A DNA stretch of 38,564 bases from Coriobacteriia bacterium (GCA_037140395.1 JBAXEO010000003.1:1-38564); one strand, 5' to 3'; shown: positions 7,686 through 17,790, counted from the first letter of the stretch. Program-made: numbers and translations. Notes: generated by a model not told the origin, from the sequence alone.

Positions 7686-8282
7686 CTAGGACAGGGAGGT
7701 CGGATCGGAGTCTGCGGCGGGCTGAGCAAGTAGCGTGCGCAATAGTCTAAAGTCGGCGAACAGGTCATCCCGCTTGCTGCGATCGTAGATAGTGGCGGCC
7801 GGATGGTAAATCGGCAGCACTTTGAATCGGCCAGCCAGCTGCACGCGTCCGTGGAGCCGGGTGATACCGACGTCAGTCTTGAGTACGAACTTGGTCGCAA
7901 AGTTGCCCAGCGTTACCAACACCTCTGGGTCGATCACTCGAATCTGCTCGCGCAGAAAGGGTGTGCACGTCTCTATCTCGCTGGCCTCTGGGTCCCGATT
8001 GCCAGGAGGCCGGCACTTGAGCACGTTTGCGATGTAGACGTCATCGCGCGCCAACCCAGCCTCTGCGAGCAGCTCGTTGAGGAGCTGGCCCGCAGCTCCG
8101 ACAAATGGCTCGCCCTTGAGATCCTCGTTCTTGCCTGGTGCCTCGCCAATGAAGACCGCCCGGGCCGCAGGGTTGCCGGTCCCAAACACCAGCGTGGTCC
8201 GAGAATCCCCAAGAGGGCAGCGATGACAGTCGCCGATGAGCGATACGATCTCGTCCAGCGTGCTGCAACCTAGTCCGGGCAC
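7686..8282 (-). CDS. Uracil-DNA glycosylase, family 4 (Fe-S type)
   Basis: CxxCxL, GEAPG..ED..G.PFVG, NVLKCRPPGNRDP, YHPA; GGGGAG SD before the GTG start. Confidence 0.92.
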   Translation of the reverse strand: MPGLGCSTLDEIVSLIGDCHRCPLGDSRTTLVFGTGNPAARAVFIGEAPGKNEDLKGEPFVGAAGQLLNELLAEAGLARDDVYIANVLKCRPPGNRDPEASEIETCTPFLREQIRVIDPEVLVTLGNFATKFVLKTDVGITRLHGRVQLAGRFKVLPIYHPAATIYDRSKRDDLFADFRLLRTLLAQPAADSDPTSLS

Positions 8283-8293
8283 GGCGGCTCCCC

Positions 8294-8809
8294 CTAGATC
8301 CAGGTCGCGACCTCAGCCAGAGGACGGCGCGCGGGACGACCTGCTGACTCGGCCGAATAGCCGATCGGAAGAATCGCAACTGGCTCAAAGTGCTCGGAGA
8401 CGCCGATTGCGCCACGTACGGCGACGGCATCAAACGCGCCAATCCAGCACGACGACAGTCCTCGGTCCACCGCTCCCAACAAGATGTTCTCCACGGCAGC
8501 CGAGGTGTCCTGGATCGAGTAGAGCCGCTCGCCCCGCTCGCCGTAGCGCGCGGCACACGGCCTCGGATCCACACTAACCACAATCACGACGGGAGCCGTC
8601 GTGGCCCAGCGCTGATGGAGCGCACCGGCGAGCCGTTCACGGGCCTCAATCGAACGAACGACGGTGAAGCGCCACGGCTGAATGTTCCCGGCAGTCGGTG
8701 CGGCAACCGCTGTTTCCAGCAGTCCGCGAATCGCCTCGTCGGGCACGTCGAGCTTGCTGTTGAAGTGGCGTACGCTACGCCGCTTGGCGATGACCTCGGA
8801 AAACTCCAT
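8294..8809 (-). CDS. Nitroreductase-family FMN-dependent oxidoreductase
   Basis: RRSVRHF, APTAGNIQPWRF, ENILLGAVDRGLSSCWIG. Start moved to ATG 8809. Confidence 0.9.
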   Translation of the reverse strand: MEFSEVIAKRRSVRHFNSKLDVPDEAIRGLLETAVAAPTAGNIQPWRFTVVRSIEARERLAGALHQRWATTAPVVIVVSVDPRPCAARYGERGERLYSIQDTSAAVENILLGAVDRGLSSCWIGAFDAVAVRGAIGVSEHFEPVAILPIGYSAESAGRPARRPLAEVATWI

Positions 8810-9010
8810 GCGCTGCCCATTTCTTTTGGACGGTCCCTGCGGCGTTCCCACGCCAGCGAACCGATGACACAACTGCTCCATTCTAGCCCATCACCTGCGC
8901 CGGAGGCCCTCGCGCGGCCGTGACCTGCGCTCCGCCGTGCTCTCTGTGCACTCGGCCGCGCAGGGACGCCCCAGTCGATGTCGAAAGAGTTCGCAGGAGG
9001 TGTTTTCGAC

Positions 9011-9376
9011 ATGGGCACAAACCGTCCGGACGTATCAGACGAAGATCTCGGTATCAGAGCGTTCAAGCTCCAGAAGGTCAAAGCGGTCGAGCGCGCCGTG
9101 CAGCACATCCGCCACGGTCTCGGCCCCTCGTGGGGCGAGCTCACTACCGAGGAGATCGAAGAACTCGAGTGGGTGCTCGGCGAGGTCTGGGCCTACGTCG
9201 CGCACAGCGACTGGGATGGCCTGCCCTTTGGGCGCCTCACGTTGCGCGACGTCATCAAGATCCTGACGCTCGGCAGCCAGCTGCGCCGTCACGCACGCAG
9301 CGACATCGAGATCCTGCGCGAAGTCCGTGCGGTTATCGACGCCGAGGCTCCGTACGAGGGAACAGTCGCCGAATAG
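9011..9376 (+). CDS. Hypothetical protein, 121 aa, probably alpha-helical
   Basis: Strong SD AGGAGG (8995-9000) before ATG 9011, GC3-rich codons, fills an otherwise empty gap. No family recognised. Confidence 0.75.
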   Translation: MGTNRPDVSDEDLGIRAFKLQKVKAVERAVQHIRHGLGPSWGELTTEEIEELEWVLGEVWAYVAHSDWDGLPFGRLTLRDVIKILTLGSQLRRHARSDIEILREVRAVIDAEAPYEGTVAE

Positions 9377-9386
9377 AATCCGACCG

Positions 9387-9450
9387 AACGCGTACCGCCG
9401 GCCGCTGCGTTAGATCGCAGCGGCCGCTGCGGCGGCGCGTTTCTTGTTCT
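9387..9450 (+). terminator. Strong hairpin between convergent genes; probable terminator
   Basis: Perfect 11-bp stem CGGCCGCTGCG(9399-9409)/CGCAGCGGCCG(9416-9426), extendable to 9387-9441, followed by TCTTGTTCT on the plus strand. Confidence 0.55.
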
Positions 9451-10069
9451 CGATCTTCTTCTTGACCTTCTTCAGGCGGAAGAGGTCCTCTCGGGCACGC
9501 TCGTCGAGCGTCTGGCGAATGTAGGTCACCTGTTCTTGGAGTGCGGGAACCGTGACCTGCTCCAAAGCGTTGACTCGGCGGTTGGTCTTGTTGATCTCTT
9601 CGCCGAGACGCTTCAGTCGCGTCTCGATGTCGGCGTATTCGATGATGACATCGAGGATGCCTTCGAACTTCTCGGCGGTCTCGTCGACTCGTGATGAAAC
9701 ACCGGTGACCGAGTAGCCTCTGGTGAAGGACGACTTGAGCGGGCTGTCGCCCTTGGTCACGACTGGCACCGACACGCCCATGATCTTGGTACCGGTCATG
9801 TCGACGACGATCTCGCCCCGCGTGGCCAAACCTGCCGAGCGCAACGCGACGGTTCCGTCGACAGCTTGGGCAACGGCAAGGGAGTACTGCGCCTCACGCA
9901 CCGTCTTGCCTAGTGAATCAGAGAGGCGCAGCGTCTCGTCCATAACGCCCATGAACTCGATGAGCAGCGCGTCACGCTTCTGCTTGAGCAGATCCATGCC
10001 CTGCTGCGCCAAGCCAATCTGCGCCCGGCGCTCGAGCAACTCTGATCGTGTAGGGCGTACTTCTTCCAT
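9410..10069 (-). CDS. atpD: A/V-type ATP synthase subunit D
   Basis: PTRSELL, LLKQKRDAL, EINKTNRRVNALE, LDERAREDLFRLK. ATG 10069 with GGAG SD. Confidence 0.95.
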   Translation of the reverse strand: MEEVRPTRSELLERRAQIGLAQQGMDLLKQKRDALLIEFMGVMDETLRLSDSLGKTVREAQYSLAVAQAVDGTVALRSAGLATRGEIVVDMTGTKIMGVSVPVVTKGDSPLKSSFTRGYSVTGVSSRVDETAEKFEGILDVIIEYADIETRLKRLGEEINKTNRRVNALEQVTVPALQEQVTYIRQTLDERAREDLFRLKKVKKKIENKKRAAAAAAAI

Positions 10070-10070
10070 G

Positions 10071-11576
10071 CTAGCTCTCCTGCGCCTCGGCGTCGGGCTC
10101 TTCATCGACGGTTGGCGCGACGCTCACAGCAGCGACATCGGGGTTGGACGCCTCGACAGCGGTGTTGACGTTGTCAGGGTGGTACTTCTCGATGAAGTCA
10201 CGGACGCGCTTGAGCTCACTCATGGGCAGACCGGCCAGCAACTCCCAGCCGATATCGAGCGTCTCTTCGATGGTGCGTCCCTCTTGGCCCTGGCCGACGA
10301 TGCGCTCCTCGAACTGGTCGGCGAAGCGCAGGTAGCTGCGGTCGACGTCGGACAGCGCCTCTTCGCCCACAATTGCGACGAGCTTGCGAAGGTCGCGACC
10401 TTGCGCGTATGCGGCGTACATCTGGTTGGCGACCGCTCGATGATCCTCGCGGGTCTTGCCCTCGCCGATACCGAGGTTCATCAGGCGGCTGAGGCACGGC
10501 AGCACGTCGATCGGCGGGTAGACCGCGCGACGGTGGAGCTGCCGAGAAAGCACGATCTGGCCCTCGGTGATGTAGCCGGTGAGGTCAGGAATCGGGTGCG
10601 TGATGTCGTCGTCAGGCATGGAGAGAATCGGGAGTTGAGTGACCGAGCCCTTGCGGCCCTTGATGCGGCCGGCGCGCTCGTAGATGGTCGAAAGGTCGGT
10701 GTACATGTAGCCCGGGAACCCTCGGCGACCAGGGACCTCTTCGCGAGCGGTGGAGACCTCGCGGAGCGCCTCGCAGTAGTTGGTCATGTCGGTGAGGACC
10801 ACGAGGACCTGGAGGTCCTTCTCAAACGCGAGGTACTCCGCGACGGTGAGCGCGGCCTTCGGAGTGAGAAGACGCTCGACTGTGGGGTCGTCGGCGAGGT
10901 TCAGGAAGAATACAACGCGCTCGAGAGCGCCCGTGTCCTCGAACTGCTGCCTGAAATAGGCCGCCTCGCGGTTGGTGATGCCCATGGCGGCGAACACGAC
11001 GGCGAACTGCTCGCCGGACTTGACGCGCGCCTGGCGGATGATCTGCGCAGCGAGCTCGTTGGCGGGAAGGCCTGAGCCCGAAAAGATTGGCAGCTTCTGC
11101 CCACGCACGAGCGTAGTCAGTCCGTCAATTGCCGAGATACCTGTCTCGATGAAGTCGGCAGGCAACTCGCGAGCGTACGGGTTGATCGGTGCGCCGGTGA
11201 TGTCGAGGCGAGCCTCGGCGATGATCGGTGCACCGCCGTCGATCGGCTTGCCGGTACCGTTGAGTACGCGGCCCAGAAGGTCGATGGAGACGTCGATCTT
11301 GGCGACTTCCTCGAGGAACCGGACTTCGGTTCGTGCGATATCAGTGCCAGCCGTACCTTCAAAGACCTGGATGACAGCCGTGCGCCCGGAAATCTCCAAC
11401 ACCTGTCCCGAGCGGCGCGAACCGTCCGGCATCAGGATCGACACCATCTCGTTGTACGCGACGTTCTCGACGTCTTGCACGAAGATGAGCGGTCCTGTGA
11501 CGTAGCTCAGCGTGCGGTAGTCAGTAGAGAGCAAAGAGCGCTTTGGCTCCTCCTCAACGCGGGTATCGTTCGGCAC
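10071..11576 (-). CDS. atpB: A/V-type ATP synthase subunit B
   Basis: [49 protein letters not shown]. Confidence 0.96.
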   Translation of the reverse strand: MPNDTRVEEEPKRSLLSTDYRTLSYVTGPLIFVQDVENVAYNEMVSILMPDGSRRSGQVLEISGRTAVIQVFEGTAGTDIARTEVRFLEEVAKIDVSIDLLGRVLNGTGKPIDGGAPIIAEARLDITGAPINPYARELPADFIETGISAIDGLTTLVRGQKLPIFSGSGLPANELAAQIIRQARVKSGEQFAVVFAAMGITNREAAYFRQQFEDTGALERVVFFLNLADDPTVERLLTPKAALTVAEYLAFEKDLQVLVVLTDMTNYCEALREVSTAREEVPGRRGFPGYMYTDLSTIYERAGRIKGRKGSVTQLPILSMPDDDITHPIPDLTGYITEGQIVLSRQLHRRAVYPPIDVLPCLSRLMNLGIGEGKTREDHRAVANQMYAAYAQGRDLRKLVAIVGEEALSDVDRSYLRFADQFEERIVGQGQEGRTIEETLDIGWELLAGLPMSELKRVRDFIEKYHPDNVNTAVEASNPDVAAVSVAPTVDEEPDAEAQES

Positions 11577-11578
11577 TT

Positions 11579-13339
11579 CTAGTACACCTCGATTCCAGCG
11601 ATGTCTTCGCCAATCTTACTGGTCATTTCGCGCATCTTGACGAGCGATGCTTCGTGCGGTGTTGTCTTGAGCATCGCGATTGCATCTCGGACAGGAAGGT
11701 CGAGAATCTCGCGCAGTGCCACGCCCCGGTTAAGAGCGCCGGTGGCCGCGTCGTTGAAGGTCAGAATCGTCTTGAGAATCCAGTACTGCTTGTCGGGCGG
11801 GCAGTACGCGTCGACCTCATCAAAAGCAAACTGCTGCAAGAAGTCCTCGCGAAGCATCCGCGCGATCTCGAGAATCAGCTTCTCGGACTCGGGCAGCGCG
11901 TCCGGACCGACCAGCTGTACGATCTCCTGGAGTTCCGTCTCCTTCTGCAAGATCGACATCGCGCGGTCGCGGTGCTCAAGCCAGTCCGGTGCGACGTTGC
12001 TCTCATACCAGCCCTTAACCTGACCCAGGAACAGCGTGTAGCTCTTGGTCCAGCTGATAGCCGGGAAGTGGCGGCGGTGAGCAAGTCCGGTGTCGAGTGC
12101 CCAGAACGCACCCGTGACTCGCAGTGAGTTTTGCGTCATCGGCTCAGACATGTCGCCGCCGGCGGGTGAAACCGCGCCAACCATCGTGACCGAGCCGATT
12201 CGCTCGTCGTCGTCACTGCCGAGCGGCTTAACGCGTCCGCTTCTTTCGTAGAAAGCCGCAAGACGAGTCGCCAGATATGCTGGGTAGCCTTCCTCACCAG
12301 GCATCTCTTCGAGTCGGCCAGACACCTCGCGGAGCGCCTCGCCCCAGCGAGACGTGGAGTCGGCCATCATGGCGACGTTGTAGCCCATGTCGCGGTAGAA
12401 CTCTGCCAGCGTCGCGCCGACGTAGATCGAAGCCTCGCGCGCCGCAACCGGCATATTCGAGGTATTAGCAACGAGCACCGTACGGTCCATAAGCGGAGCG
12501 TCGTTACGCGGATCGTCGAGATGCGGGAACTCCGTGAGCACCTCAGTCATCTCGTTGCCGCGCTCTCCGCAACCGATGTAGACGATGATGTCGACGTCGG
12601 CCCACTTGGCCAGCGACTGCTGAGTAACCGTCTTGCCCGTGCCGAACCCGCCCGGGATGATCGCGTTGCCGCCCAGGGCGATGGGGAAGAACGTATCTAG
12701 GATTCGCATGCCGGTGGTGAACGGCGTGGTCGGGTCCATCTTGCGGATGTAGGGACGACCCTGGCGCACAGGCCAGCGCTGGCTCATGCGAATCTCGGTG
12801 CCGTCCTCCATCGTGGCGACCACGTGATCCACGTTGTACTCGCCAGCAGACACGATGCTCGCGAGCTTGCCGGCCTTGACCAGCGGCGGAACCATAACCT
12901 TATGCAGAATGGTCTGGCCCTCAGGCACAGTACCAATCACGTCTCCGGGCCCAATGTCGCTACCCGCCGAGACAACCGGCGTAAACGCCCACAGCTTGTC
13001 TCGGTCCAGTGCCGAGGCAACGGTTCCGCGCTCGATGTAGTCGCCGCTTTGCTCGGCGATTACCGGCAGCGGGCGCTGGACGCCATCATAGATCGACGTA
13101 AGCAGCCCGGGGCCTAGCTCGACCATCAGAGCGCCCTCGGTTGATTCAACGACCTCGCCGACCTTCAGGCCTGACGTATCCTCGTACACCTGGATGGTCG
13201 CCGTGTCGTTCTCGAGACGAATGACCTCACCCATGAGGCCCTCGTTGCCGACACGGACGATGTCGTACATGCGGGCACCGGTCATGCCGTCCGCGACCGC
13301 GACCGGGCCGGTGATCTTCGCAATCGTTCCGACGATCAT
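11579..13339 (-). CDS. atpA: A/V-type ATP synthase catalytic subunit A
   Basis: [43 protein letters not shown]. Start ATG 13339. Confidence 0.96.
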   Translation of the reverse strand: MIVGTIAKITGPVAVADGMTGARMYDIVRVGNEGLMGEVIRLENDTATIQVYEDTSGLKVGEVVESTEGALMVELGPGLLTSIYDGVQRPLPVIAEQSGDYIERGTVASALDRDKLWAFTPVVSAGSDIGPGDVIGTVPEGQTILHKVMVPPLVKAGKLASIVSAGEYNVDHVVATMEDGTEIRMSQRWPVRQGRPYIRKMDPTTPFTTGMRILDTFFPIALGGNAIIPGGFGTGKTVTQQSLAKWADVDIIVYIGCGERGNEMTEVLTEFPHLDDPRNDAPLMDRTVLVANTSNMPVAAREASIYVGATLAEFYRDMGYNVAMMADSTSRWGEALREVSGRLEEMPGEEGYPAYLATRLAAFYERSGRVKPLGSDDDERIGSVTMVGAVSPAGGDMSEPMTQNSLRVTGAFWALDTGLAHRRHFPAISWTKSYTLFLGQVKGWYESNVAPDWLEHRDRAMSILQKETELQEIVQLVGPDALPESEKLILEIARMLREDFLQQFAFDEVDAYCPPDKQYWILKTILTFNDAATGALNRGVALREILDLPVRDAIAMLKTTPHEASLVKMREMTSKIGEDIAGIEVY

Positions 13340-13340
13340 G

Positions 13341-13673
13341 TCATCCCCGCCTAAGAGTGATGTCGAAGCCGATTGCTCGCCTGATGAGCCTCGAGAGGTA
13401 GGCGCGGTGATCCTCGCCCATCTCAAGCTTCTCCCTGATCGGCAGGGAGACTACGATCGGCCGGTAAATGGAGTCGATCTTCTTCTGGATGCGCTCGTCA
13501 ATCGAGGACATCAGCTGTTCATTGATGGCGATAATGCCGGTGGCATCATCGTCGAGCAACGTGGTGAGAGTCCGTCGCGCCGTCTCCGGGCTGTCAATGA
13601 CTTCGACATCCACGCCTGCGAGCCTAAACCCGTCAGCGGTGTCAGGATCGGTGAGCACAACGAGCCTATACAA
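13341..13673 (-). CDS. atpF: A/V-type ATP synthase subunit F
   Basis: [12 protein letters not shown] and IRRAIGFDI motifs; position in the operon. Confidence 0.93.
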   Translation of the reverse strand: MYRLVVLTDPDTADGFRLAGVDVEVIDSPETARRTLTTLLDDDATGIIAINEQLMSSIDERIQKKIDSIYRPIVVSLPIREKLEMGEDHRAYLSRLIRRAIGFDITLRRG

Positions 13674-14760
13674 GGATCAGTTCCTCTCTCACCCGGTCCG
13701 CCGGCATTCCTACGGCGATGCCCTTGATTACGATACGCAGATTGGTGATTTCGTTCTGCTTGCCATACAGGTAGGCGATTGCGACCCCAACGCCGTGCGG
13801 GTCCTTAACGCCTGCCATCAGCGCGCGCCGCATGAGTTGCTCCTCCAGCGCCCGCTCAAACACCGTGATCGAGTTACTTTCGAGATATTTGAGTGCCGCC
13901 TCGTCGAGAGCCGCCGCGTACGGCGTTCTCTTGAGCCGATCGAGCACCTCATCCACATCGGACATGCGCGCCAACTCCAAGAAGAGGTCTTTGCGAATCG
14001 TGCGACCACCTTCTAGGAAGAACGTTTCGGCCTTCGCGGCACCGGTGTCGGCCTTGAGCAGACGAAGCACCATGACCAAGTTCGCAGTGTCGATCTGCAT
14101 TCCAAGGATTCGTCGAGCGATATCGACGTCGGCCGACTCTCCCACGAGGCGCGATGATGCCCAAGCGGCGTACTGCCGGTCGAGCGCCAGCTCCAGCGGT
14201 GCGAGGTCGTCGTCCCGGGTGTAGTCCGGGAAGGCCCGCCGCAGCGGCGGTGCGTAGACCATCCCCCACATCGCCATGGTGTTGATCACAGCTCCGACAT
14301 CGTTGAACTGCGCGAGTGCCTCGAGTTCGCCCTCGCTCAGATAGCCAGCCGGAAAGAAACTCTCCTTCACCTCTTCAAGAGGCACGCTGTTGTGAGCGCC
14401 GCGTAGAACGGTCTTGATGTTGAAGACGTCCCAGCGCCCTAGAAGCGTGGAGAGCAGGGCCCGAGCCGAAGGGTTGAGAAACCGGAGCACCTTTCGATAC
14501 GCCCGAACCATGTTGTCCTTGAGTGCTTTATCGATCACGGCCGCGTTGCGACCCTGAACGAGCTCAGCTTCGAGGTCGGGCTCGTACTCAGTGCCCATGA
14601 GCTCCTTGACCGCCTGGGTCACGTCGCTCGCATCGATGAGACGGTTGTAGAACTCCAACGGGAGCAAGTTCGCGCGCATGCCACGCAACCGCGCGTTGGC
14701 ATAGCCCGCGTCGGTCTCCGGAACGGCTCTGTTGCCTGCCTGAATGACGGCCTTGCTCAT
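13666..14760 (-). CDS. atpC: A/V-type ATP synthase subunit C (d/AC39)
   Basis: YANARLRGM, RWDVFNIKTVLRG, YLYGKQNEITNLRIVIKG. Confidence 0.93.
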   Translation of the reverse strand: MSKAVIQAGNRAVPETDAGYANARLRGMRANLLPLEFYNRLIDASDVTQAVKELMGTEYEPDLEAELVQGRNAAVIDKALKDNMVRAYRKVLRFLNPSARALLSTLLGRWDVFNIKTVLRGAHNSVPLEEVKESFFPAGYLSEGELEALAQFNDVGAVINTMAMWGMVYAPPLRRAFPDYTRDDDLAPLELALDRQYAAWASSRLVGESADVDIARRILGMQIDTANLVMVLRLLKADTGAAKAETFFLEGGRTIRKDLFLELARMSDVDEVLDRLKRTPYAAALDEAALKYLESNSITVFERALEEQLMRRALMAGVKDPHGVGVAIAYLYGKQNEITNLRIVIKGIAVGMPADRVREELILV

Positions 14761-15332
14761 GAAAACAGGACCCTCGCTACGTCGGCTTGGACAAACTGGC
14801 TTGCACGGTCGAGACGATCCTCTAGCGTGTTTCGGCGAATGATCTTTCCGCCACCGGTGTCAACAACGAGACCGCCGGCTGACTCAATATCGCCAAGCAC
14901 CTCTGCGGACAGTCCCGCAGCGGCACTCGCCTTCTCGGCGAGAGCGGTGTCGGCGGATGCTGTATGCACCTTGACCGGTCCACTCGCACCCGCAAACGCC
15001 TCAGCCGCAAGCGCGGCGAAAAGCGCCTCATAGCCCGAGTCGCGCGCCGAGAAAAGCTGGGCGCGAGCGTCAGCAAAAACTCCTGCCACGGCATCGCCCT
15101 TGACCGTAGATACGGTCATCTTGGCAGCAAGACGTGCCGCATTGATCTTCTTAGAGGCATTCAGAGTCGCCACACGCTCGACCTGGTGGACGAAGGTGTC
15201 GTGAATCTGACGAGCCTGGAGCTCGGCCTCCTCGACGATGAGCTTCGCATGCTCGCGAGACTCCCCGACGATGTCTTCACAATCTGCCTGTGCCTGATCA
15301 TCTAAGGCTCTCAGGATGTCATCAATTGCCAT
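14757..15332 (-). CDS. atpE: A/V-type ATP synthase subunit E
   Basis: N-terminal coiled coil; C-terminal GGLVV...NTLEDRL...VARVLF. Confidence 0.9.
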   Translation of the reverse strand: MAIDDILRALDDQAQADCEDIVGESREHAKLIVEEAELQARQIHDTFVHQVERVATLNASKKINAARLAAKMTVSTVKGDAVAGVFADARAQLFSARDSGYEALFAALAAEAFAGASGPVKVHTASADTALAEKASAAAGLSAEVLGDIESAGGLVVDTGGGKIIRRNTLEDRLDRASQFVQADVARVLFS

Positions 15333-15355
15333 GGGTCGCCCTCTCTAGGACAGAC

Positions 15356-15384
15356 AAAACGGGTCGCACTGGTCAGTGTCCCGT
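15356..15384 (-). terminator. Hairpin plus short U-tract just after the proteolipid gene
   Basis: Minus strand ACGGGACACTGACCAGTGCGACCCGT-TTTG; pairs ACGGG/CCCGT and CACT/AGTG. Confidence 0.4.
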
Positions 15385-15388
15385 CGTG

Positions 15389-15709
15389 CTAGCCGTTGAG
15401 GATGATGGCCATAACGAATCCGAGCAGGGCGATGACTTCCGGGAGCGCCGTAAGCGTCAGTACAAAGACGCGCTCTTCCGGACGCTCAGCCAGGGTACCC
15501 TGACCTGCAGAACCGATCTTGGCCTGTGCCCAGCCGGCGCCAATCGCCGAGATACCCATGCAGAGTGCGGCGCCTAGCGTCTTGACGGCTCCGGCCATCG
15601 TGACTGGTGCCACGGCAGCGGCCTCCTGTGCAAACGCAACTGCTGGTATAGCCAGTACTCCGACAAACGTGCTTAGGAACACATACTTCGCGACCTTCTT
15701 GCTGATCAT
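15389..15709 (-). CDS. atpK: A/V-type ATP synthase proteolipid subunit K/c, single hairpin, with an N-terminal signal-peptide-like extension
   Basis: Two TM helices, AQAKIG...AERPE loop, ion-binding Glu in ALPEVI. N-terminal KK, hydrophobic stretch, AFA|QE. Confidence 0.92.
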   Translation of the reverse strand: MISKKVAKYVFLSTFVGVLAIPAVAFAQEAAAVAPVTMAGAVKTLGAALCMGISAIGAGWAQAKIGSAGQGTLAERPEERVFVLTLTALPEVIALLGFVMAIILNG

Positions 15710-17745
15710 GCGCGCTTCTCCCCTCCGGTTTTCTGAAACGGCTTGTAGTCCTTGGAACCTGGCTCGTAAAACTTCCCGAAGAACTCGAGGAAGTTAAGAC
15801 GCACTGCGTGGATATTCGGACTGAATGCGCAGATGACGAAGTTCAGCATCTGCAGCGGGACAGCGATGATGAGGCCGAGGATGGGATTGCCCATCGAGGC
15901 CGCGATCTTGTTGACTGCCTCGGCAAAAATCGCTCCTGCGAGGCCGACAGCCATGATTCTCAGATAGCTCGCGATGTTAGACAGGGCGCCGATCGACTCA
16001 ATGGCGCCGACAATCCCACCGCCCTTGATCGCAAACGCGAAGCCCAAGAACAGGACGAGTGCTGCGATTGCCTGGAGAACGTAGGCCCCGGTCGTTCCGA
16101 TGTTTGAGGTCAGCACCGCACCGAAGACGATCATGAGTACGAGTGCCGCGAATCCGATGACGAAGGCGAGGATGCCGCCCTTCTCATAGACATGCGACAT
16201 GTGCTTGGTCTTCAGACCGTTGTAGATGCCGAGACACAGACCCAAAATCACCTGGAACGCTCCCAAAGCGATTGCGATTATCAGGAACGTGATCAGCATT
16301 TCCTTCTGGGTGCGCTCGAACGGAAGCATCACGCGCGCGCCGGCAGGTACCGGATAGCCGGCGCCAAAGTTGCCGTTCACGCTCCAGATCGGCTGGATGA
16401 CATTGGCGAACTTCGGCCCGAGCAGGTTGCCGAAGAACTCACCGTAGACGAACCCAAAGATGATAACGCTGGTGGCTGCAGGGCCGAGGATCGCCGTTGC
16501 GAGCTGCACTCCGCTGTTTTCCTTGAACTTCATGCGCAGCCAGATCACGGTGCCCAACATGACAAGCCCGTAGCCGATGTCGCCAACGATCATCCCGAAG
16601 AACAGCGGGTAGAAGATCGCGAGCATCCAAGTTGGGTCGTAGGTGCCATACTTTGGCTTGCCCATGAACCCCATGAGTTCTTGATACGGAGCCGCCCAGC
16701 CTGCGTTCTGCAGCGCGATGGGTGCGTTCTCAAAATCCTTCTCGTCGATCTCCAGCTGGCTGACTACGATCTCGTCGCCGAACTGTGTCTTAAGCATGCC
16801 GTCGAGTTCAGGCATGTCCGCGACCGGAATCCAGCCGTCGATCATGAATGCGTATTCGGTGCGCCCGAACTGCGGGATCGCCACAATTTCGTCGATGCGG
16901 TCCGTGAGTACGTCGCGTGCGGTGGTGAGCTTTGTGAACCACTTGAGCGACATCTCGTCGAGTTCTTCTCGGATTCGATCGAGCTCTGCCGGAAGTTCTG
17001 CTCGGCGCTGGTGGATGGTCTCGTAGGCGACGTCTAGCGGCATGTCCTGGAAGTCCTGGGGCAGCCTAATCTGGTTCACGTTCTCCATCGCGAGGAACTT
17101 GTGGACCGGCTCGGCATACTGCCGTGCATAGACCACGATTGCAGCAGTCGTCTGCTCATCAATGTCGGTGGAAAGAATCTCACACTGCGAGTTGGTGACC
17201 TTGTCCAGCTCTGTCTGCAAGTGCTCCAGGCCCGCCTTGTAGCGGCGCTCGACGAGCAGCGCGACGCTATCAAACGCACCCGTCACGACGAGCTGCTTGG
17301 CGAGTGGCTGGATCTTGCCGAGAATGGGCTCGTAGCGCGCCAGAAGCGCGACCTCGCCCTCGGCGGCCGTGTGAAGCGCCGCAAGGTCTGCGGTCTTCTC
17401 CTCGACGTCGGCAATCACCGAGGAGATCTCGTCGGCAAGTTCCGGGGGTGCCAGATGCCAGAGGCGCTCGTATTCGATGACCCGCGCCTTGGGATCGACG
17501 CCATCCTCGGGCTCGTTGAGGGTCTTGAGGATGGCGCGAGTGCGAATCAGCAGTTCGTCGAGCTGGTCGTATACCTTAATCTCATCTCCCTGAATCTCCA
17601 TGCGATCCAGAGCGACCTCGCCACTGGCGATTCGCTTTGAGAGATCTTCAATATGTATCTTGCCTTGCTCGTGAAGCGCACTCACGACGTCGAGAAACAG
17701 GCTCTTGGGGCCTATTATCTCGACCTTAGCCATTGGAACAAGCAC
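15706..17745 (-). CDS. atpI: A/V-type ATP synthase subunit I (a)
   Basis: PKYGTYDPT, FFGMIVGDIGYG, SYLRIMAVGLA (essential Arg), HAVRLNFLEFFGKFY. Start GTG 17745 chosen for GGAGGG SD spacing; 17754 is possible. Confidence 0.94.
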   Translation of the reverse strand: MLVPMAKVEIIGPKSLFLDVVSALHEQGKIHIEDLSKRIASGEVALDRMEIQGDEIKVYDQLDELLIRTRAILKTLNEPEDGVDPKARVIEYERLWHLAPPELADEISSVIADVEEKTADLAALHTAAEGEVALLARYEPILGKIQPLAKQLVVTGAFDSVALLVERRYKAGLEHLQTELDKVTNSQCEILSTDIDEQTTAAIVVYARQYAEPVHKFLAMENVNQIRLPQDFQDMPLDVAYETIHQRRAELPAELDRIREELDEMSLKWFTKLTTARDVLTDRIDEIVAIPQFGRTEYAFMIDGWIPVADMPELDGMLKTQFGDEIVVSQLEIDEKDFENAPIALQNAGWAAPYQELMGFMGKPKYGTYDPTWMLAIFYPLFFGMIVGDIGYGLVMLGTVIWLRMKFKENSGVQLATAILGPAATSVIIFGFVYGEFFGNLLGPKFANVIQPIWSVNGNFGAGYPVPAGARVMLPFERTQKEMLITFLIIAIALGAFQVILGLCLGIYNGLKTKHMSHVYEKGGILAFVIGFAALVLMIVFGAVLTSNIGTTGAYVLQAIAALVLFLGFAFAIKGGGIVGAIESIGALSNIASYLRIMAVGLAGAIFAEAVNKIAASMGNPILGLIIAVPLQMLNFVICAFSPNIHAVRLNFLEFFGKFYEPGSKDYKPFQKTGGEKRA

Positions 17746-17790
17746 ATCGACCACCCTCCCCTGGGGATCGTAGTCCGCATCGCAACCAGC

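Noticed and set aside
8891-8930. T(C/G)ACCTGCGC direct repeat, 30 nt apart
   Set aside because: Only two short copies in GC-rich DNA. It may be promoter-associated, but the signal is too weak to call.
7682-15353. Identical 13-mer CTCTCTAGGACAG at 7682-7694 and 15341-15353
   Set aside because: Both copies are SD contexts (for tsaE and atpE). They do not bound a coherent element, so coincidence is more likely than att sites.
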